Shown here in pieces: positions 24,233 to 26,905 of a DNA stretch of 26,905 bases. This DNA is from a virus (lineage: Duplodnaviria; Caudoviricetes). The stretch spans positions 1-26,905 of the IMG/VR virus record IMGVR_UViG_3300022178_003854; one strand, given 5' to 3'. Position numbers and translations under genes: made by a program. Positions within the stretch are counted from its first letter, which is position 1. Every line of letters begins with the position of its first letter. Below the pieces are notes generated by a model. It saw only the letters and a list, made by a program, of their open reading frames with translations, did no database searches and was not told the DNA's origin.

Positions 24233-24640
24233 ATGAATATATGTATTTTTAGCGGTAATCTAGGCAAGGATTTGGATTTAAGGGTTACGCCCAACGGCAA
24301 GAGTGTAGGCAGCTTCCCTCTGCCCGTTAAACAGGGCTACGGCCAATATGAGAAGGTAAGTTGGGTAGAATGCAAGCTGTTGGGTGATCGAGCTGACAAG
24401 CTGGCTCAGTACCTTCTCAAAGGCAAGCCTGTAACTGTGCAGGGAGAGTTTGTTTTAGAGACATGGGAAAAGGATGGGGTTAAGCACTCCAAGCCCGTAG
24501 TCATTGTCAATAATTTAGATATGCACAAAGGCGAATCTGGCGCTCACACTCCCCGTGGTCGAGGGGGCGATCAACCAGAGGCTGGTCACCGATCAGCCAC
24601 CCCACCTATTGATAATTTTGATGACGATATTCCATTTTAG
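24233..24640 (+). CDS. ssb: Single-stranded DNA-binding protein
   Basis: GNLGKD...YLLKG..V.V.G OB fold with the acidic tip FDDDIPF. Confidence 0.95.
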   Translation: MNICIFSGNLGKDLDLRVTPNGKSVGSFPLPVKQGYGQYEKVSWVECKLLGDRADKLAQYLLKGKPVTVQGEFVLETWEKDGVKHSKPVVIVNNLDMHKGESGAHTPRGRGGDQPEAGHRSATPPIDNFDDDIPF

Positions 24641-24648
24641 GGGAAACG

Positions 24649-24969
24649 ATGAGCATTTATAAGAATAAATTTTCAGCCCCCGCTACTGATGACATTAAAC
24701 AAAAGTGGTGGGACTGGCATAAGAAAAACCCACACATCTGGTTAGAATTCCAAGAGCAGACGCATGAGTTGATTAAATCAGGTGTGAAGAAGTCATCAGC
24801 ATGGCTAGTAATCAACAAGATGCGATGGGATTACGCCATTAAAACAAGCGGCGATGATTTTAAGATATCTAATAACTTTATAGCCTACTACGCCCGAATG
24901 TTTCGAGCAAAAAACCCAGATCATCAAGAGTTTTTTACGATTAAACCACTGAAAGGCGAAAGAGATTAA
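24649..24969 (+). CDS. Conserved phage hypothetical protein
   Basis: WHKKNPHIW..F...MRW...FKISNNFIAYYARMF pattern. Confidence 0.75.
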   Translation: MSIYKNKFSAPATDDIKQKWWDWHKKNPHIWLEFQEQTHELIKSGVKKSSAWLVINKMRWDYAIKTSGDDFKISNNFIAYYARMFRAKNPDHQEFFTIKPLKGERD

Positions 24970-24971
24970 CT

Positions 24972-25220
24972 ATGACAAAAATTCACTATTCAATCATGGC
25001 GATTATGGCTATTGGCATACTTTCGTATATCCTCGGATCGATTTTCGCTACAGAAGAAGCTCCTGTGGAGCCGCCTACGCCAATTATTATCAAAGTCGAT
25101 AACATTGACTGCCACATTGCTGAAATGCCTACAATAACTTACTACGTGGCTACAGATACCGCCAGGGTGACTATTGAGTGTGACAGTGATTTAATTTTTA
25201 ACTATTTGCCTGCTGAGTAG
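24972..25220 (+). CDS. Membrane-anchored hypothetical protein
   Basis: N-terminal hydrophobic helix, a Pro-rich linker and two Cys. Confidence 0.7.
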   Translation: MTKIHYSIMAIMAIGILSYILGSIFATEEAPVEPPTPIIIKVDNIDCHIAEMPTITYYVATDTARVTIECDSDLIFNYLPAE

Positions 25221-25222
25221 TT

Positions 25223-25645
25223 TCACGTGGAACATACTTTAAGCCTATTTGCTAAATGGGCTTTTTGTATCTCTGATTTGTTTTGACCGTAATAAGCAAC
25301 CGCATGATGATGCTTAATCAACTCTCTGCAGAGCCACTTATTACCTACTTTGATGTCAGCCAACCATCTGCCGTACTTACCTTTCTCGTAAGTCCTTAAA
25401 ACAATTTCAGTGCCTACTGGCGCGAACGCCTTGACAAACGCTTTGGCTGCGAGTCCATAACGCTTTTCTTCCAAATCTCTAGTGCGAGATTCCGGGGTAT
25501 CGATTCCATTAAGACGCAAGCAAATGCCACGACCATTATCACCGCGATGCACGATGCCAAAACCCAAATTGATGTCAGTAACATACATCGTATCTCCGTC
25601 TACAATTTTAGAGACAGTAGCGGTAAATATATATGGATTAGACAT
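25223..25645 (-). CDS. Thermonuclease (SNase-like)
   Basis: IVDGDT, RLNGIDTPE and GKYGRWLA motifs. Start is ATG 25645 or GTG 25654. Confidence 0.9.
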   Translation of the reverse strand: MSNPYIFTATVSKIVDGDTMYVTDINLGFGIVHRGDNGRGICLRLNGIDTPESRTRDLEEKRYGLAAKAFVKAFAPVGTEIVLRTYEKGKYGRWLADIKVGNKWLCRELIKHHHAVAYYGQNKSEIQKAHLANRLKVCST

Positions 25646-26057
25646 ATTCGCCACTGGCGATCATATCTGCTAGCTCCAAAGCACGGCCACCCACTTGCTT
25701 GGCCCATTTACTGTCTAAGAATTCGGTGCTGGCTTCTTTGTAGTTAGCTGCTTCCATCGCAGCCAATGCGCGTCGAAAACCACGCAAACGCGTAGCTCCG
25801 AGGTTAAAACTGATGTCAATCATAGCATCTTTTCTGACATCATCAAGATCGTTGAACCACGGATATTCTGAGGCCAACTCTTTGATTACTCTGGCAATGT
25901 CGTTTTCTAGTAGCATGTCAACTTCTTCGTCAGACAGCCCAATCCCAGATTCTGAGATATTTCGCCCCACACCAATAGTTTCGTAACCGGCAGAACACAG
26001 GTACACCTTAGACCGTACGCCTTCATGGCGCTTAAGCATTTCTAATAGTTTTTCCAT
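25638..26057 (-). CDS. Endolysin, T4-type lysozyme (GH24)
   Basis: HEG.R...YLCSAG..TIGVGRN, FNLG..RL..F and DSKWAKQV..RA motifs. Start moved to ATG 26057. Confidence 0.9.
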   Translation of the reverse strand: MEKLLEMLKRHEGVRSKVYLCSAGYETIGVGRNISESGIGLSDEEVDMLLENDIARVIKELASEYPWFNDLDDVRKDAMIDISFNLGATRLRGFRRALAAMEAANYKEASTEFLDSKWAKQVGGRALELADMIASGEYV

Positions 26058-26058
26058 C

Positions 26059-26532
26059 TTACTTCTTTCCATTGCTGCCACCGAAGAAGAAAGCGGATAT
26101 GCCAGAAACAAGACCACCTAAGTAGCCCAGAATCAAGTTAACTACGCCGTCGTCATTGGCATCGGGGGGCTGTATGGTAACCATAAACACGTAGCCTAAA
26201 AACCCAATTAACGCCAGCATGGCAAATATCTTAGGGGTAGGATCATCGCCAAAGGTTTTTCGTGCATCCTTCCTGTCGTCAACTTCTGTCTTAAAAGACT
26301 CTAAGTCGATTTCCATCTCTCTAATTTTGGTCTTGAAGTCTTGATCAGCTTCTCTTACCAATACAGCTTTTTCAGGCTGTGTCTCTAAAATTTCTTCTAT
26401 TTTCTCGGCACTTGCTTCCGGCACACCCATCTTGGACGCCACCATTTTGAGCGCCATTCCGCCGAGGGGACCGACCGCAGCTTCAGCAACAGTGGGTGCT
26501 AGGGACTTAAGTAGCTTACCAATTTTAATCAT
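26059..26532 (-). CDS. Holin-like membrane protein
   Basis: APTVA..GPLGG N-terminus, DRKDAR, and two C-terminal TM helices ending FFFGGS. Upstream of the endolysin. Confidence 0.65.
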   Translation of the reverse strand: MIKIGKLLKSLAPTVAEAAVGPLGGMALKMVASKMGVPEASAEKIEEILETQPEKAVLVREADQDFKTKIREMEIDLESFKTEVDDRKDARKTFGDDPTPKIFAMLALIGFLGYVFMVTIQPPDANDDGVVNLILGYLGGLVSGISAFFFGGSNGKK

Positions 26533-26747
26533 GCGTCAGAGTTTTCTTCTTCGACAATAGCGTCAATCGTGTCACAAACATCCGGTACGACTACGCCCGT
26601 AGTGGCAGACAGTGCGCCTCGTCCTACGGCTCTCATGCCTTTATATAGACCGGAGCAATAAACTTCTTTGTTTGCTTTGACCTGCTCAACCGTAGTACAC
26701 GAAGACACGAGTAAAGCCATACTAAATATCAACGCCAGTTTTGCCAT
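26529..26747 (-). CDS. Small lipoprotein (possible o-spanin-like)
   Basis: Signal peptide with lipobox LVSS-C and two further Cys, within the lysis cassette. Confidence 0.65.
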   Translation of the reverse strand: MAKLALIFSMALLVSSCTTVEQVKANKEVYCSGLYKGMRAVGRGALSATTGVVVPDVCDTIDAIVEEENSDA

Positions 26748-26905
26748 TTTTCTGGTCCTCTAAGAATTGGGTTAGTCGTTCTTTGTAACCTTCCATAAAG
26801 TGGTCTGAGATGCGGTCTTTTATACCCCGATCCTTCTTGCGAAGGTATGAAGAGGGGTTGATATAGTCCACGCCGCCATTTGAGAAGTACAGCATATCTT
26901 GAGAC
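26722..26905 (-). CDS. C-terminal fragment of a probable class 3 lipase (alpha/beta hydrolase)
   Basis: Hand-translated as ...SQDMLYFSNGGVDYINPSSYLRKKDRGIKDRISDHFMEGYKERLTQFLEDQKNGKTGVDI*. DHxMxxY resembles the catalytic His motif. Runs off the right edge. Confidence 0.5.
   Translation of the reverse strand, partial: SQDMLYFSNGGVDYINPSSYLRKKDRGIKDRISDHFMEGYKERLTQFLEDQKNGKTGVDI

Noticed and set aside
22989-24300. - strand ORFs opposite the erf/ssb operon as possible CI repressor
   Set aside because: None has an HTH or S24 peptidase signature; they are shadows of the + genes.

Overview
The window is a ~27 kb piece of a tailed dsDNA phage genome with a P22-like (podovirus) virion module and a lambdoid-style early region. 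Most genes lie on the - strand. Read in their transcription direction (right to left), they run: Cro-like HTH, DUF1376/O-like replication initiator with internal iterons, P-like partner, NinB-like, Mom-like DNA-modifying GNAT, DUF1364-like, RusA, a promoter-driven cassette of small genes, TerS, TerL, portal, two accessory effector-like genes (SAA-like, ADP-ribosyltransferase-like), scaffold, coat, three tiny Lys/Arg-rich genes, gp4- and gp10-like tail proteins, ejection proteins and a partial tailspike/fibre with CBM5/12-like repeats. A short + strand operon (ERF, SSB, small genes) converges on a - strand lysis cassette (partial lipase-like, lipoprotein, holin-like, lysozyme, thermonuclease). 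No integrase, CI repressor, CRISPR or rRNA is visible. The top novel observation is that the scaffold and all three small basic proteins behind the coat gene end in the same peptide, K-[GN]-A-x-[FY]-E-COOH. This suggests a scaffold-mimicking capsid-loading tag for protamine-like cargo. Other leads are the portal-scaffold effector pair, a 74-nt tRNA-shaped element, twin hairpins in the scaffold leader, a probable CTG start for TerL and an in-frame TGA with an open continuation. All family calls come from motif recognition and synteny; no database searches were run.
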